DNA from: Alphaproteobacteria bacterium
Lineage (GTDB): Bacteria; Pseudomonadota; Alphaproteobacteria; UBA8366; JADFVY01
Assembly: GCA_041584475.1 (NCBI GenBank)
Contig: JBFHDX010000005.1
Span: 1,932-65,931 of the forward strand
Direction: 5' to 3'
Length of the DNA: 64,000 bases
The notes beneath the pieces are model-generated. The model had not been told where the DNA came from. It did no database searches and was given only the letters and a program-made list of their open reading frames with translations. Positions 20,326 to 30,585 of the stretch are shown here, piece after piece. The stretch's first letter is position 1. Each line of letters begins with the position of its first letter. The translations under genes were made by a program, and so were the position numbers.

Positions 20326-20849
20326 CCCCCAGGAACTCCATCCGGTTCAGTATTTGATCGGGCCGCAACGATTTCACCGGCCCGCCTCGCCGTCCGACGA
20401 TCACCGCGGTGTCACGATCGCAGATATTGACTTCGCGCCGTACATCAAATCCGCAACAGCGCCATCGGGGCCGTCATTCTAAAACGCCGGTTCGAATATC
20501 GTCCAGGAGACGCGGCGTATGGTCGCGCCCTTGCAGCGAGAACAACCCGGGATTCGCAGTTGCTCGTCGCCACGATTGCGCAGCTGTTCTGCGTCGAAGC
20601 CCGGCGATCCCCAGCGGTGTGTATCCAGTGATTGCTCGCTCAGAGAAGTACAATCGTTTCGGCGTTACGCTGCCCTCACCGGCGCCGGAATCGGGCGCCA
20701 CGGCGAATTCGCCGAAAGCCGCTTCCATTCTGCCCCTGCGGGCGCCGCATCTGTTCAATATGGGAGCCCGCCGCGGCAGATATCACGCCCACAGCGCACG
20801 GCGCAGGGCGGCCCCGATCGGATGCATCGACAGGTCTCGCGGGAAAATT

Positions 20850-20927
20850 TGGGGTGGCTGATGGGACTTGAACCCACGACCCCCAGATCCACAATCTGGT
20901 GCTCTAACCAGCTGAGCTACAGCCACC
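20850..20927 (-). tRNA. tRNA-His (anticodon GTG) with genome-encoded G-1 and C73
   Basis: Reverse complement G-GTGGCTGTAGCTCAGCTGGTTAGAGCACCAGATTGTGGATCTGGGGGTCGTGGGTTCAAGTCCCATCAGCCAC-C-CCA. Anticodon loop TTGTGGA. The extra 5' G pairs with C73. Confidence 0.92.
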
Positions 20928-20966
20928 GTCACGGTGCGCCTCTTTAGCGCCGGCATCGCCTCAACG

Positions 20967-22244
20967 TCAAGCGGGACGCGTTCGATCCGGGCTCAGCACC
21001 AGGCGGACGACCCGTCCGATCGACAGACCCTGGACGATGATCGAGAACAGCACCACACCATAGGTAATCACGAGGATGACCTCTTTCGAGGGTCCAGGGG
21101 GCAGCGACAACGCGAGAGCCACCGATATGCCGCCGCGCAGTCCGCCCCAGGTGAGCACTCTGATCGCGCCTCTCGTGTATTCCTCGCGGAGACTGAGAAC
21201 GCTCATGGGTAAGGCCACCGAAACGAGCCGTGCGGCGAGAACCAGAGGAATTGCGAGGATGGCGGCCAACAGGTTCGAAACCTCGAAGGCGAGCGCCAGC
21301 ACCTCGAAGCCGATGATCAGGAACAGGACGGAGTTCAGGATCTCGTCGATCAGGGACCAGAACTTCTGGACGTGATCGGCGGTCCTCTCGCTCATCGCAA
21401 AACGGGTGCCGTGATTGCCCATCAACAGGCCCGCCACGACCGCCGCAATCGGTGCAGAGGCGTGCACCGCATGCGCGAACGCTGTCGCCAGCAGCACCAG
21501 CGCAAGCGTGATTAGGACTTCGAGATTATGTTCGTCGATGGTCCGCATCGCTCGGTACGCCCCGTACCCGATGACGAGGCCGATGAGCGCACCGCCAGCC
21601 GTCTCGAGGACGAACAGCTCGATGACATCCAGCGCACCGAGGGATTCTCCGGCAGTACCGCCGACGGCAATCGCCAGCAATATCGAAAACACGACGACGC
21701 CGACGCCGTCGTTGAACAGGCTCTCGCCGGCAATCTTCGCCTCGAGCGTCTTGGGCACCTCGATCGTCTTGAGAATCCCGAGGACGGCGACCGGGTCGGT
21801 CGGCGAGATCAGCGCGCCGAAGACGAGGCACCAGATCAGCGGAATGTCGAAGCCGAGCAACGACAGCAGGAAATGGCTGCCGAAACCGACGATCGCCGTC
21901 GAGATCAGAATGCCCACGCTGGCCATGCTGCCGATCGCCCACTTGCGGCTCAGCAGGTCGTCGATGTCGACGTGCATGGCGCCGGCGAACAGGAGCAGGC
22001 TCAGCATCCCGTGCATCAACGTGTCCGGCAGATCGATCGCGCTCAGAATGCCGGTCGCGGTGGTGCGCAGATTCAGCTGCGGGATGACGGCGTCGGCGGC
22101 GATGGTGCCGAGCGAGGCCATGAAGGCGATGATGACGAGACCGATCGTGTGCGGCAACTTCAGCCAGCGGTGATTCACGTAGCCGAACACCGCCGACAGC
22201 GTCAGCAGCGCGGCGGCGAGATTGACGGCGTCAACGATGGCCAT
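20967..22244 (-). CDS. Cation:proton (Na+/H+) antiporter, CPA1-like
   Basis: 425 aa polytopic membrane protein. Blocks LFGALISPTDPVAVLGILK and ESLFNDGVGVVVF are typical of Na+/H+ exchangers. Confidence 0.85.
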   Translation of the reverse strand: MAIVDAVNLAAALLTLSAVFGYVNHRWLKLPHTIGLVIIAFMASLGTIAADAVIPQLNLRTTATGILSAIDLPDTLMHGMLSLLLFAGAMHVDIDDLLSRKWAIGSMASVGILISTAIVGFGSHFLLSLLGFDIPLIWCLVFGALISPTDPVAVLGILKTIEVPKTLEAKIAGESLFNDGVGVVVFSILLAIAVGGTAGESLGALDVIELFVLETAGGALIGLVIGYGAYRAMRTIDEHNLEVLITLALVLLATAFAHAVHASAPIAAVVAGLLMGNHGTRFAMSERTADHVQKFWSLIDEILNSVLFLIIGFEVLALAFEVSNLLAAILAIPLVLAARLVSVALPMSVLSLREEYTRGAIRVLTWGGLRGGISVALALSLPPGPSKEVILVITYGVVLFSIIVQGLSIGRVVRLVLSPDRTRPA

Positions 22245-22347
22245 CGGCTTTCCCCTACCCTCTCGCTATCATCGTATCGGAAGCGTATGCTCGCGCGCGG
22301 CCGCCATACCAGAGCATAAATCGCAACAAGCGGTAAACGGGAGGTCC

Positions 22348-23511
22348 ATGCTCCAGCTCGCTCAGTCGATGAGCCGCCTTGGGACGGAGTCCGCGTTCGA
22401 GGTGCTGGCCCGGGCGCAGAAGCTGGCTGCGCAGGGTCGCGACATCATCAATCTGGGGATCGGGCAGCCCGATTTTCGGACCCCCGATCACATCGTCGAG
22501 GCCGCGGTCAAGGCGTTGCGTGACGGCCATCACGGATACACGCCCGCAAACGGCATCCCTGCCCTGCGTGAGGCGGTTGCCGAGGATCTCGAGAACCGGT
22601 ACGGCGTGACGATCGACCCGGACGACGTCGTGATTGTGCCGGGCGGCAAGGTAACGATGTTTTTCTCGATCCTGATGTTCGGCGAGCCCGGTGGTGAGAT
22701 CATGTACCCGAATCCGGGATTTCCAATCTACGAGTCGGTGATCCGGTTCAGCGGTGCCAGGCCGGTGCCGATCGCCATTGAAGAGCAGAGCGGGTTCGCG
22801 TTCAGCGCCGAGGCCGTGCTTGACCAGATAACCCCGCGAACGCGCCTGATCATCATCAACAGTCCCGCCAATCCGACGGGCGGCGTCGTCCCGGAGGCGG
22901 AGATCGACCGGTTGGTTGCCGGGCTCCAGGAATACCCCCACGTCGCGCTCCTGTCGGACGAGATCTATAGCCGGATGCTCTATGACGGACGCGCGCATGT
23001 CAGCCTGCTCCGGTACCCGGAGATCCGGGACCGGCTCGTCGTGCTCGATGGCTGGTCCAAGACCTATGCCATGACCGGTTGGAGGCTCGGCTTCGCCGTC
23101 TGGCCGTCCGCATTGGTCGATCACGCGGTGAGGCTCTGCATTAACGACCACTCATGTGTCAACGCGGCAGCACAATATGCGGGCATAGCCGCACTCAAGG
23201 GCCCACAGGACAGGGTGCGCGAGATGGTCGCAGCGTTCGATGGGCGGCGGCGTATCATCGTCGAAGAGCTCAATGCTCTCCCGGGATTCCGGTGCGTCGA
23301 TCCGGGAGGCGCGTTCTACGCTTTCCCGAATGTCGCAGGAACAGGCATGACGGCACGGGAGGCGCAGGACAGGTTTCTCAACGACGCAGGCGTCGCGACC
23401 ATCGCAGGGACGAGTTTCGGCGCCTGGGGAGAGGGCTATCTGAGGTTTTCCTACGCCAACAGCACGGACAACATCCGCGAGGCCGTACGCCGCATCAGAG
23501 AGTGTCTGTGA
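22348..23511 (+). CDS. Class I/II pyridoxal-phosphate aminotransferase (aspartate aminotransferase-like)
   Basis: Start MLQLAQSMSRLGTESAFEVLARAQKL. Blocks INLGIGQPDF, NPANPTG and the PLP-lysine motif WSKTYAMTGWRLG. Confidence 0.85.
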   Translation: MLQLAQSMSRLGTESAFEVLARAQKLAAQGRDIINLGIGQPDFRTPDHIVEAAVKALRDGHHGYTPANGIPALREAVAEDLENRYGVTIDPDDVVIVPGGKVTMFFSILMFGEPGGEIMYPNPGFPIYESVIRFSGARPVPIAIEEQSGFAFSAEAVLDQITPRTRLIIINSPANPTGGVVPEAEIDRLVAGLQEYPHVALLSDEIYSRMLYDGRAHVSLLRYPEIRDRLVVLDGWSKTYAMTGWRLGFAVWPSALVDHAVRLCINDHSCVNAAAQYAGIAALKGPQDRVREMVAAFDGRRRIIVEELNALPGFRCVDPGGAFYAFPNVAGTGMTAREAQDRFLNDAGVATIAGTSFGAWGEGYLRFSYANSTDNIREAVRRIRECL

Positions 23512-23632
23512 GCATCCTGCCCTGCCCAAATCATGGGCATCTGCCGCATTTTTCGGCAGCCCCGCCACCCCCCGAACTCGATCATGAATTTCAAGCCATT
23601 GAAAACATTCGAAAAAAAAGCTCCTGCCGAAT

Positions 23633-23648
23633 TGGCACGCAGCGTGCT
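23633..23648 (+). promoter_or_regulatory. Candidate sigma-54 (-24/-12) promoter upstream of glnB
   Basis: TGGCACGCAGCGTGCT compared with consensus TGGCACG-N4-TTGCW. GG and GC are at the canonical 10-nt offset. Lies about 70 nt upstream of the glnB ATG. Confidence 0.55.
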
Positions 23649-23653
23649 ATTAG

Positions 23654-24055
<402 letters not shown>

Positions 24056-24136
24056 CGTCGCCCGTGCAAATCCTACCGGCCGGCGATCGATCGGCCACAC
24101 CAAGTCCCCCTAGACCCAACGACAGGGAAATAGATC

Positions 24137-25540
24137 ATGACTAAGAAAGTACTCGAGATGATCAAGGAAAACGACGTCAAGTACGTCGATTTCCGGTTCA
24201 CGGACCCGCGCGGCAAATGGCAGCACATCAGCCAGCATGTCTCGACCGTCGACGAGGATCTGCTGACCGACGGCATCATGTTCGACGGCTCGTCGATCGA
24301 GGGCTGGAAGGCCATCAACGAGTCCGATATGAGCCTCATCCCCGATCTCAAGACAGCGGTGATGGATCCATTCGCGGCGCAGCCGATGCTCGTTCTCTAT
24401 TGCGACGTCATCGAGCCGTCGACGGGCCAGCCTTATTCACGCTGCCCACGCTCCACCGCGAAGCGTGCCGAGGCCTACATCAAGTCCGGTGGTTTCGGCG
24501 ATACCGCATATTTCGGCCCCGAGGCCGAGTTCTTCGTATTCGACGATGTCCGGTTCGAGAATTCGATGAACCGGTGTTTCTTCGAGTTCGACTCCGATGA
24601 GGGTCCCTACACGAGCGGAAAGGTGTACGAGGAGGGCAACTGGGGTCACCGGCCGCGCATCAAGGGCGGTTACTTCCCCGTACCGCCCGTCGATTCCGCG
24701 ACCGATCTTCGCGCCGAGATGGTCAGCACGATGGCCGAGATGGGGCTGAGCATGGAGAAGCACCATCACGAGGTCGCCCCGTCGCAGCACGAACTCGGCC
24801 TCAAGTTCGACACCCTGGTGCGCTCCGCGGACAACATGCAGATCTACAAGTACGTCGTCCATATGGTCGCCCACGCCTACGGCAAGACGGCGACTTTCAT
24901 GCCCAAGCCGGTCTTCGGCGACAACGGCTCCGGCATGCATACGCACCAGTCGGTCTGGAAGGGCAACAAGAATACGTTCGCCGGGTCGTTGTATGCCGAC
25001 CTGTCGGAGAGCTGCCTGTTCTACATTGGCGGCATCATCAAGCATGCGCGCGCCCTGAATGCGTTCACCAACCCGCTGACCAACAGCTACAAGCGACTCG
25101 TCCCGGGTTTCGAGGCGCCGGTCCTGCTCGCCTACTCGTCGCGCAACCGGTCGGCCTCGTGTCGCATCCCGCACGCCGCCAGTCCGAACGGCAAGCGTGT
25201 CGAGGTTCGTTTCCCGGACCCGGGGGCCAATCCCTACTACGCTTTCTCGGCCATGCTGATGGCCGGCCTCGACGGCATAGAGAACCGTATCCACCCGGGT
25301 GACGCCATGGACAAGAACCTTTACGACCTGCCGCCGGAGGAACGCTACAACGTGCCGACGGTTTGCGGCTCCTTGCGCCAGGCGCTCGAGGCGATGGACG
25401 CGGACCGCGACTTCCTGAAGAAGGGCGACGTGTTCACCGACGACCAGATCGATGGCTATCTCGAGCTCAAGTGGGAAGAGGTCGTGCGCTTCGAGACCGC
25501 ACCGCATCCGATCGAGTTCGACATGTACTACAGCGTCTAA
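24137..25540 (+). CDS. glnA: Glutamine synthetase type I
   Basis: 467 aa. Blocks [39 protein letters not shown], and the adenylylation-site context NLYDLPPEE. Confidence 0.95.
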   Translation: MTKKVLEMIKENDVKYVDFRFTDPRGKWQHISQHVSTVDEDLLTDGIMFDGSSIEGWKAINESDMSLIPDLKTAVMDPFAAQPMLVLYCDVIEPSTGQPYSRCPRSTAKRAEAYIKSGGFGDTAYFGPEAEFFVFDDVRFENSMNRCFFEFDSDEGPYTSGKVYEEGNWGHRPRIKGGYFPVPPVDSATDLRAEMVSTMAEMGLSMEKHHHEVAPSQHELGLKFDTLVRSADNMQIYKYVVHMVAHAYGKTATFMPKPVFGDNGSGMHTHQSVWKGNKNTFAGSLYADLSESCLFYIGGIIKHARALNAFTNPLTNSYKRLVPGFEAPVLLAYSSRNRSASCRIPHAASPNGKRVEVRFPDPGANPYYAFSAMLMAGLDGIENRIHPGDAMDKNLYDLPPEERYNVPTVCGSLRQALEAMDADRDFLKKGDVFTDDQIDGYLELKWEEVVRFETAPHPIEFDMYYSV

Positions 25541-25568
25541 CCTCCCTCTCGGATCGAACGACCGGGGC

Positions 25569-25590
25569 GGGCCGCCCGAACGGGCGGCCC
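25569..25590 (+). terminator. GC-rich hairpin downstream of glnA
   Basis: gggccgcccg / cgggcggccc perfect inverted repeat beginning 29 nt after the glnA stop. No clear U-tract, so intrinsic-terminator status is uncertain. Confidence 0.45.
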
Positions 25591-25695
25591 GTCCGCATGC
25601 GGGCTTGCGTGCCAGCATCCGTTTGCCACCGGACGCCAAGCCGCTAGTATCCGCGACAATGTCTCGCCACCCTTGGGACGCAGGTTCGGCCCTCA

Positions 25696-26976
25696 ATGAC
25701 CCGTGCGATTGCTCCAATCGGCGCCTTGCTGCTCAGTACCGCGCTGCTTCTGATGGGCAACGGCCTGCAGGGCGTTCTGCTGCCGGTTCGAGGCAGCATC
25801 GAACGCTTTTCCGCCCTCGAGCTCGGTATTCTGGGTGGTTCGTACTTTCTCGGTTTCGCGCTGGGATGCGTGCATGGTCCGCGACTCGTGCGCAGGGCCG
25901 GGCATATCCGCGTGTTCGCGGCCATGGTCGCGGTCGCGTCCGCCATCGCGCTCGCCCACCCCCTGATCCTCTCGCCGCTTCTGTGGTGGCTACTGCGCGG
26001 CGTCACGGGTTACTGTTTCGCCACGCTCTACATGGTCATCGAGAGCTGGCTGAACGAGCGCTCTACCTCCGAGACCCGCGGCCTCGTTTTCTCCGTCTAT
26101 ACGATCATCAACCTCACGGTGATCACGGCGGGCCAGATGATGATCGCCTTCGGCGATCCAGCGGCCCTGCCACTATTCAGTATCGTTTCCATACTCATCT
26201 CGATTGCGGCGGTGCCCGTCGCCTTGAGCCAGGCCGCCGCCCCCGCCCCACTGCAGCAGGTTCGACTGCGGGTGTTCCGGATCTACCGCCTCTCACCGGT
26301 TGGTTTCGTCGGTTGCGTCACCATCGGCCTCACCAACGGCTCGTTCTGGTCGCTCGGACCCGTGTTTGCCCAGACCCTGACATCGGATGCCACCGGTGTT
26401 GCGATCTTCATGAGCGGTACGGTGATATTCGGCGCCCTGGGACAGTGGCCGCTGGGTCGAACCTCCGACCGGGTCGACCGGCGCAAGGTCATCGTCACGG
26501 CCTGCATCGGCGCCGCCGCCGGGGCGATCGGCCTCACGCTGTTTCAGGCATACGGCAATCTGGCAATTTACGGATTCGCTGCCGTGCTCGGCTTCTTCCT
26601 GTTCCCGATCTATTCGCTGGCCGTCGCCCATACCAACGACTTTGTCGGGCACGAGGACTACGTCGAGACGTCGAGCGCACTCCTGCTGCTCTACGCGCTC
26701 GGCGCCACCGTCGGTCCCATGATCGCTTCGGCCGTCATGGCCCTGATCGGGCCGACCGGTCTCTTCGTTTTCACCGCCGTCTGTCTGGCTCTGCTTGCGC
26801 TGTTCAGCGTCTGGCGCATGCTGCGGCGGACCACGGCGCCGGAGGAAAAGCGGCCCGATTTCGCGGATTCGATCCGCTTTGCTCAGACCGTGGCGGCGCT
26901 CGATCCGGTATCGGAGGACGAGTTCGGATCGGGTGACCCGGAAATGGGAGATCGAGAAGACAACGTGCCGCTGTAG
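25696..26976 (+). CDS. MFS transporter
   Basis: 426 aa, about 12 hydrophobic spans. MFS-like loop motif (GPRLVRRAGHIRVF) between TM2 and TM3. Confidence 0.8.
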   Translation: MTRAIAPIGALLLSTALLLMGNGLQGVLLPVRGSIERFSALELGILGGSYFLGFALGCVHGPRLVRRAGHIRVFAAMVAVASAIALAHPLILSPLLWWLLRGVTGYCFATLYMVIESWLNERSTSETRGLVFSVYTIINLTVITAGQMMIAFGDPAALPLFSIVSILISIAAVPVALSQAAAPAPLQQVRLRVFRIYRLSPVGFVGCVTIGLTNGSFWSLGPVFAQTLTSDATGVAIFMSGTVIFGALGQWPLGRTSDRVDRRKVIVTACIGAAAGAIGLTLFQAYGNLAIYGFAAVLGFFLFPIYSLAVAHTNDFVGHEDYVETSSALLLLYALGATVGPMIASAVMALIGPTGLFVFTAVCLALLALFSVWRMLRRTTAPEEKRPDFADSIRFAQTVAALDPVSEDEFGSGDPEMGDREDNVPL

Positions 26977-26979
26977 CGC

Positions 26980-27342
26980 CTAGCGGCGCAGCTCGACGCG
27001 CCGCTGGGCGCCACCGTAATCGTGCACGCTGTCGCGCGCCCGCACATGCACGAAGGTGATGATCTCGGGGATCTTCACGCCCGACAGCGACCGCGTGAAG
27101 GGCTGTTCATCGACATGGGGGTGGTACAATGTCCGCGTCCCCAGCACCATGCCGTCGGGAGCCACCACGTCCCAGGCGTCGGCGTAGTGGTCCCAGCCCT
27201 CATCGGCATGGCGTACGGTTACGTCGAAGCGCCACGTCTCCTCTCCCGTTCGTGTCGCCGAAACGTCGACGACGTCCGCCTCGCCGGCGAGGGCCAGCCC
27301 CGGCATGACCGCAAGCACGGCGGCAATGACAAGATCGCGCAT
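26980..27342 (-). CDS. Small secreted hypothetical protein, His/Asp-rich
   Basis: 120 aa from MRDLVIAAVLAVMPGLALAGEA (signal peptide). Mature part contains RHADEGWDHYADAWD and YHPHVDEQPF. No family recognised. Confidence 0.55.
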   Translation of the reverse strand: MRDLVIAAVLAVMPGLALAGEADVVDVSATRTGEETWRFDVTVRHADEGWDHYADAWDVVAPDGMVLGTRTLYHPHVDEQPFTRSLSGVKIPEIITFVHVRARDSVHDYGGAQRRVELRR

Positions 27343-27470
27343 CGATTGCTCTCCTCCCGGCAGCGGCCGCAATCCTAGACGAAGTTCCCGACCCGGACCG
27401 TCACAACGGCGTGAGGCGGGCCGAAAACCACTTGGCCTGCTCGCCCCGCTGCCGCACGTTAGCACGCGAC

Positions 27471-27869
27471 ATGACACCGGAGGTTTCGATGGAAGCGCAA
27501 CGCGAATCCAAGCCGGCGCCGGGTTTCGTCAACCGACCCGATTATCGCATCGAGATCGCGCCGGCCGGGCTCCGGGTCCGGGCGGTTCTGGGCGGCACTG
27601 CGCTGGCCGAGAGCGACCGGTGCCTCGTGCTGCAGGAGGCCGATTACCCGCCGGTGTACTACTTCCCGCGCGACGGCGTGCGCATGGAACTGCTGGCGCG
27701 AACCGACCGTCGCACCCACTGCCCGTTCAAGGGCGACGCGTCGTACTGGGCCGCGGCCGACATCGCTGACGTGGCCTGGAGCTACGAATCGCCGTACGAC
27801 GAGATGCGCGCGATCAAGCACTACATCGCGTTCTATGCGGATCGCGTAGCGTTGATCACCGACAGCTGA
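27471..27869 (+). CDS. DUF427 domain protein
   Basis: Blocks YPPVYYFPRDGV, THCPFKGDASYW, WSYESPYDEM and IAFY match my recollection of DUF427. Start could be 27471 or 27489. Confidence 0.7.
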   Translation: MTPEVSMEAQRESKPAPGFVNRPDYRIEIAPAGLRVRAVLGGTALAESDRCLVLQEADYPPVYYFPRDGVRMELLARTDRRTHCPFKGDASYWAAADIADVAWSYESPYDEMRAIKHYIAFYADRVALITDS

Positions 27870-27915
27870 CCGTTATCCGCCCATCCCGATCCGCAATCTT
27901 CGTTGCGATCGCCCG

Positions 27916-28308
27916 CTACACCCCGGCCACGGGCCTCGGTCGCCCGTCCGGGCCGATCGCGACATAGGTGAACAGCCCCTCGGTCACCTTCGCGCGGGCA
28001 CCGCCGGCCTCGCGGACGATCCAGGCCTGGGTGCGGATCGTTATCGAGGTCTGGCCGGTGCGCTCAATATCGCAGTAGCAGCACACCACGTCGCCCACTT
28101 TTACCGGCCGGTGGAAGACCATGGAGTCGATGGCGACGGTCGCCACCCGCCCTCTGGCCCGATGGCGAGCGACGATGCCGCCCGCGATGTCCATCTGCGA
28201 CAGCAGCCAGCCGCCGAAGATGTCGCCCGCAGGATTGGTGTCCGCGGGCATGGCGAGCGTTCGCAGAGCGAGCTCGCCCGTGGGCTTTCCGGTGTCCGTC
28301 GGCATCAA
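27916..28308 (-). CDS. Acyl-CoA thioesterase (hotdog fold, YciA-like)
   Basis: 130 aa: LRTLAMPADTNPAGDIFGGWLLSQMDIAGG...VATVAIDSMVFHRPVKVGDVV, typical of YciA-type thioesterases. Confidence 0.8.
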   Translation of the reverse strand: MMPTDTGKPTGELALRTLAMPADTNPAGDIFGGWLLSQMDIAGGIVARHRARGRVATVAIDSMVFHRPVKVGDVVCCYCDIERTGQTSITIRTQAWIVREAGGARAKVTEGLFTYVAIGPDGRPRPVAGV

Positions 28309-28417
28309 CGGGTCCTTCGCGACTGGTCGGTATGCATCCTACAAGATGTTGTGATGAGCGGCCACCTCGCCACAGCATCGTCCTTGCCAGCGGGTCCGCC
28401 GACCATATAATGCGCGC

Positions 28418-30424
28418 ATGGCGGATCTGTTTCAAACCGGGTCTGGACGCCCCCGGGGGGCTGCGGGTGACGATTCGTACTCGGCACGGCACATCGAGGT
28501 TCTTGAAGGGCTGGAACCGGTCCGCCGGCGCCCGGGCATGTATATCGGTGGGACCGACGAGCGAGCCCTTCACCATCTCGTGGCGGAGGTGGTCGACAAC
28601 GCGATGGACGAGGCGGTCGCCGGTCACGCGAACCGGATCGATGTCGAGTTTCATGACGACGGCGCGGTCACCGTACGCGACAACGGTCGCGGCATACCGG
28701 TCGATCCGCACCCGAAATTCCCGAAGAAATCGGCGCTCGAGGTCATTCTCACGACGCTTCATTCAGGCGGCAAGTTCAGCGACAAGGTTTACGCCACCTC
28801 GGGTGGCTTGCACGGCGTCGGCCTTTCCGTCGTCAACGCCTTGTCGGACCGGCTGACGGTCGAGGTGGCACGGGACAGGAAGCTGTGGCGCCAGGACTAC
28901 TCGCGAGGCACACCGCTCGGTCCGCTTGCCCACGAGGGGACCGTCAGCAATCGGCGCGGTACGACGATACGGTTTCACCCCGATCCGGAGATCTTCGGCG
29001 AATCGGCGGCCTTTTCGAGCGCCCGCCTTTATCGCATGGTACGGTCCAAGGCGTATCTCTACCGCGGTGTCGAGATTCGCTGGAACTGCGTCGAGTCCCG
29101 CCTGCCGACGGACGAGGAGATCCCGGCGCAGGCGTCGCTGCACTTTCCGGGCGGGCTCGTGGACTTCCTCGACGCCACCATTGCCTCGCGCGAGACGTTG
29201 ACTCCCGAGCCGTTCGCCGGGGAAACCGCCGCGCCCGACGGGGTCGGACGCGTCGAATGGGCGATCGGCTGGCCCGAGGACGGCGACGGCTTCGTCAGCA
29301 CCTACTGCAACACCGTGCCGACGCCGCAGGGCGGCAGCCATGAGACCGCGTTGCGCATGGGTCTGGTTCGAGGCCTCAAAGCATTTGGCGAGATGGCCGG
29401 CAACAAGCGCGCGGCGCAGATCCTGGCCGAAGACGCCATCGGTGAGGCCTGCGCCATGCTTTCGGTGTTCGTCCGCGAACCGCAGTTCCAGGGCCAGACG
29501 AAGGAGAAGCTCGTATCGCCCGAAGCTGCGCGGCTCGTCGAATCGGCGATAAAGGATCGCTTCGAGCTCTGGCTTGCCAACGACCCGACGTCGTCGGCGC
29601 GGCTTCTCGAGCGAATTATCGAACGCGCCGAGGAGCGCATACGCAGGCGCACCGCGCGGGAGCTCACGCGTAAGTCGGCGACCCGAAAGGTACGGCTACC
29701 GGGCAAGCTCGCCGACTGCAGCCGCAGCGACCGCGAAGGCACCGAACTGTTCATCGTCGAGGGCGATTCAGCGGGCGGCTCGGCAAAACAGGCGCGCGAC
29801 CGTGAGACGCAGGCGGTCCTGCCCCTGCGCGGCAAGATCCTCAACGTCGCCAGCGCATCCGCCGACAAGCTGGCAGGAAACCAGGAACTCGGCGATCTGG
29901 TTCAGGCGCTCGGTTGCGGCACCGGCAGCGAATACGACGACGCGCGTCTGCGATACGAAAAGATCATCATCATGACCGATGCGGATGTCGACGGTGCTCA
30001 CATAGCGGCGCTGCTGATGACCTTCTTCTACCGGGAAATGCCCGAACTGATCGAAAACGGGCACCTGTTCCTGGCGCTGCCGCCGCTCTATCGCCTGACG
30101 CAGGGGTCGAAGTCGGTCTATGCGCGCGACGACGCCCACCGCGCGGAGCTGCTGCGTACCGAACTCAACGGCAAGGGCAAAGTCGAGGTCAACCGCTTCA
30201 AGGGGCTCGGCGAAATGCCGGCAAAGCAGCTGCGTGATACGACGATGGCTCCCGGCAAGCGGATCCTGCTGCGCGTCGATATTCCGGACAGGCGCAATCC
30301 CGAAGAAGAAGACGATGCGCGGGAGACCGCCCGGCTTGTGGAGAGCCTGATGGGCCGAAAGCCGGAGCTGCGCCTCGCCTTCATCCAGGAACACGCCCGC
30401 TTCGTCGACGATGTCGACGTTTAG
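28418..30424 (+). CDS. parE: DNA topoisomerase IV subunit B
   Basis: 668 aa GHKL/Toprim protein (LEGLEPVRRRPGMYIGGT, VVDNAMDE, ELFIVEGDSAGGSAKQARDR, IIIMTDADVDGAHI). The shorter length and lack of a GyrB-type insertion favour ParE over GyrB. Confidence 0.85.
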   Translation: MADLFQTGSGRPRGAAGDDSYSARHIEVLEGLEPVRRRPGMYIGGTDERALHHLVAEVVDNAMDEAVAGHANRIDVEFHDDGAVTVRDNGRGIPVDPHPKFPKKSALEVILTTLHSGGKFSDKVYATSGGLHGVGLSVVNALSDRLTVEVARDRKLWRQDYSRGTPLGPLAHEGTVSNRRGTTIRFHPDPEIFGESAAFSSARLYRMVRSKAYLYRGVEIRWNCVESRLPTDEEIPAQASLHFPGGLVDFLDATIASRETLTPEPFAGETAAPDGVGRVEWAIGWPEDGDGFVSTYCNTVPTPQGGSHETALRMGLVRGLKAFGEMAGNKRAAQILAEDAIGEACAMLSVFVREPQFQGQTKEKLVSPEAARLVESAIKDRFELWLANDPTSSARLLERIIERAEERIRRRTARELTRKSATRKVRLPGKLADCSRSDREGTELFIVEGDSAGGSAKQARDRETQAVLPLRGKILNVASASADKLAGNQELGDLVQALGCGTGSEYDDARLRYEKIIIMTDADVDGAHIAALLMTFFYREMPELIENGHLFLALPPLYRLTQGSKSVYARDDAHRAELLRTELNGKGKVEVNRFKGLGEMPAKQLRDTTMAPGKRILLRVDIPDRRNPEEEDDARETARLVESLMGRKPELRLAFIQEHARFVDDVDV

Positions 30425-30585
30425 AATCGCGGAGCGGGCGCTCTCTTGTTTCGCTCTTCTTGCGACCCTTAACGCTGGCCCGCCAGCGTCGTTCCTATGC
30501 GACCAAAGTCCAATATATTCATCCTGAGCATTTTTCTATTATTTCTTGATGCTTCGCATGATGTGGTCCGGCGGACGGGGCTCTC

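Noticed and set aside
23541-23559. Palindrome CTGCCG-N7-CGGCAG after the aminotransferase gene, considered as a terminator or NtrC site
   Set aside because: The stem is only 6 bp and there is no downstream T-tract (the Ts are in the loop). It does not match the NtrC half-site consensus I recall. Left unassigned.
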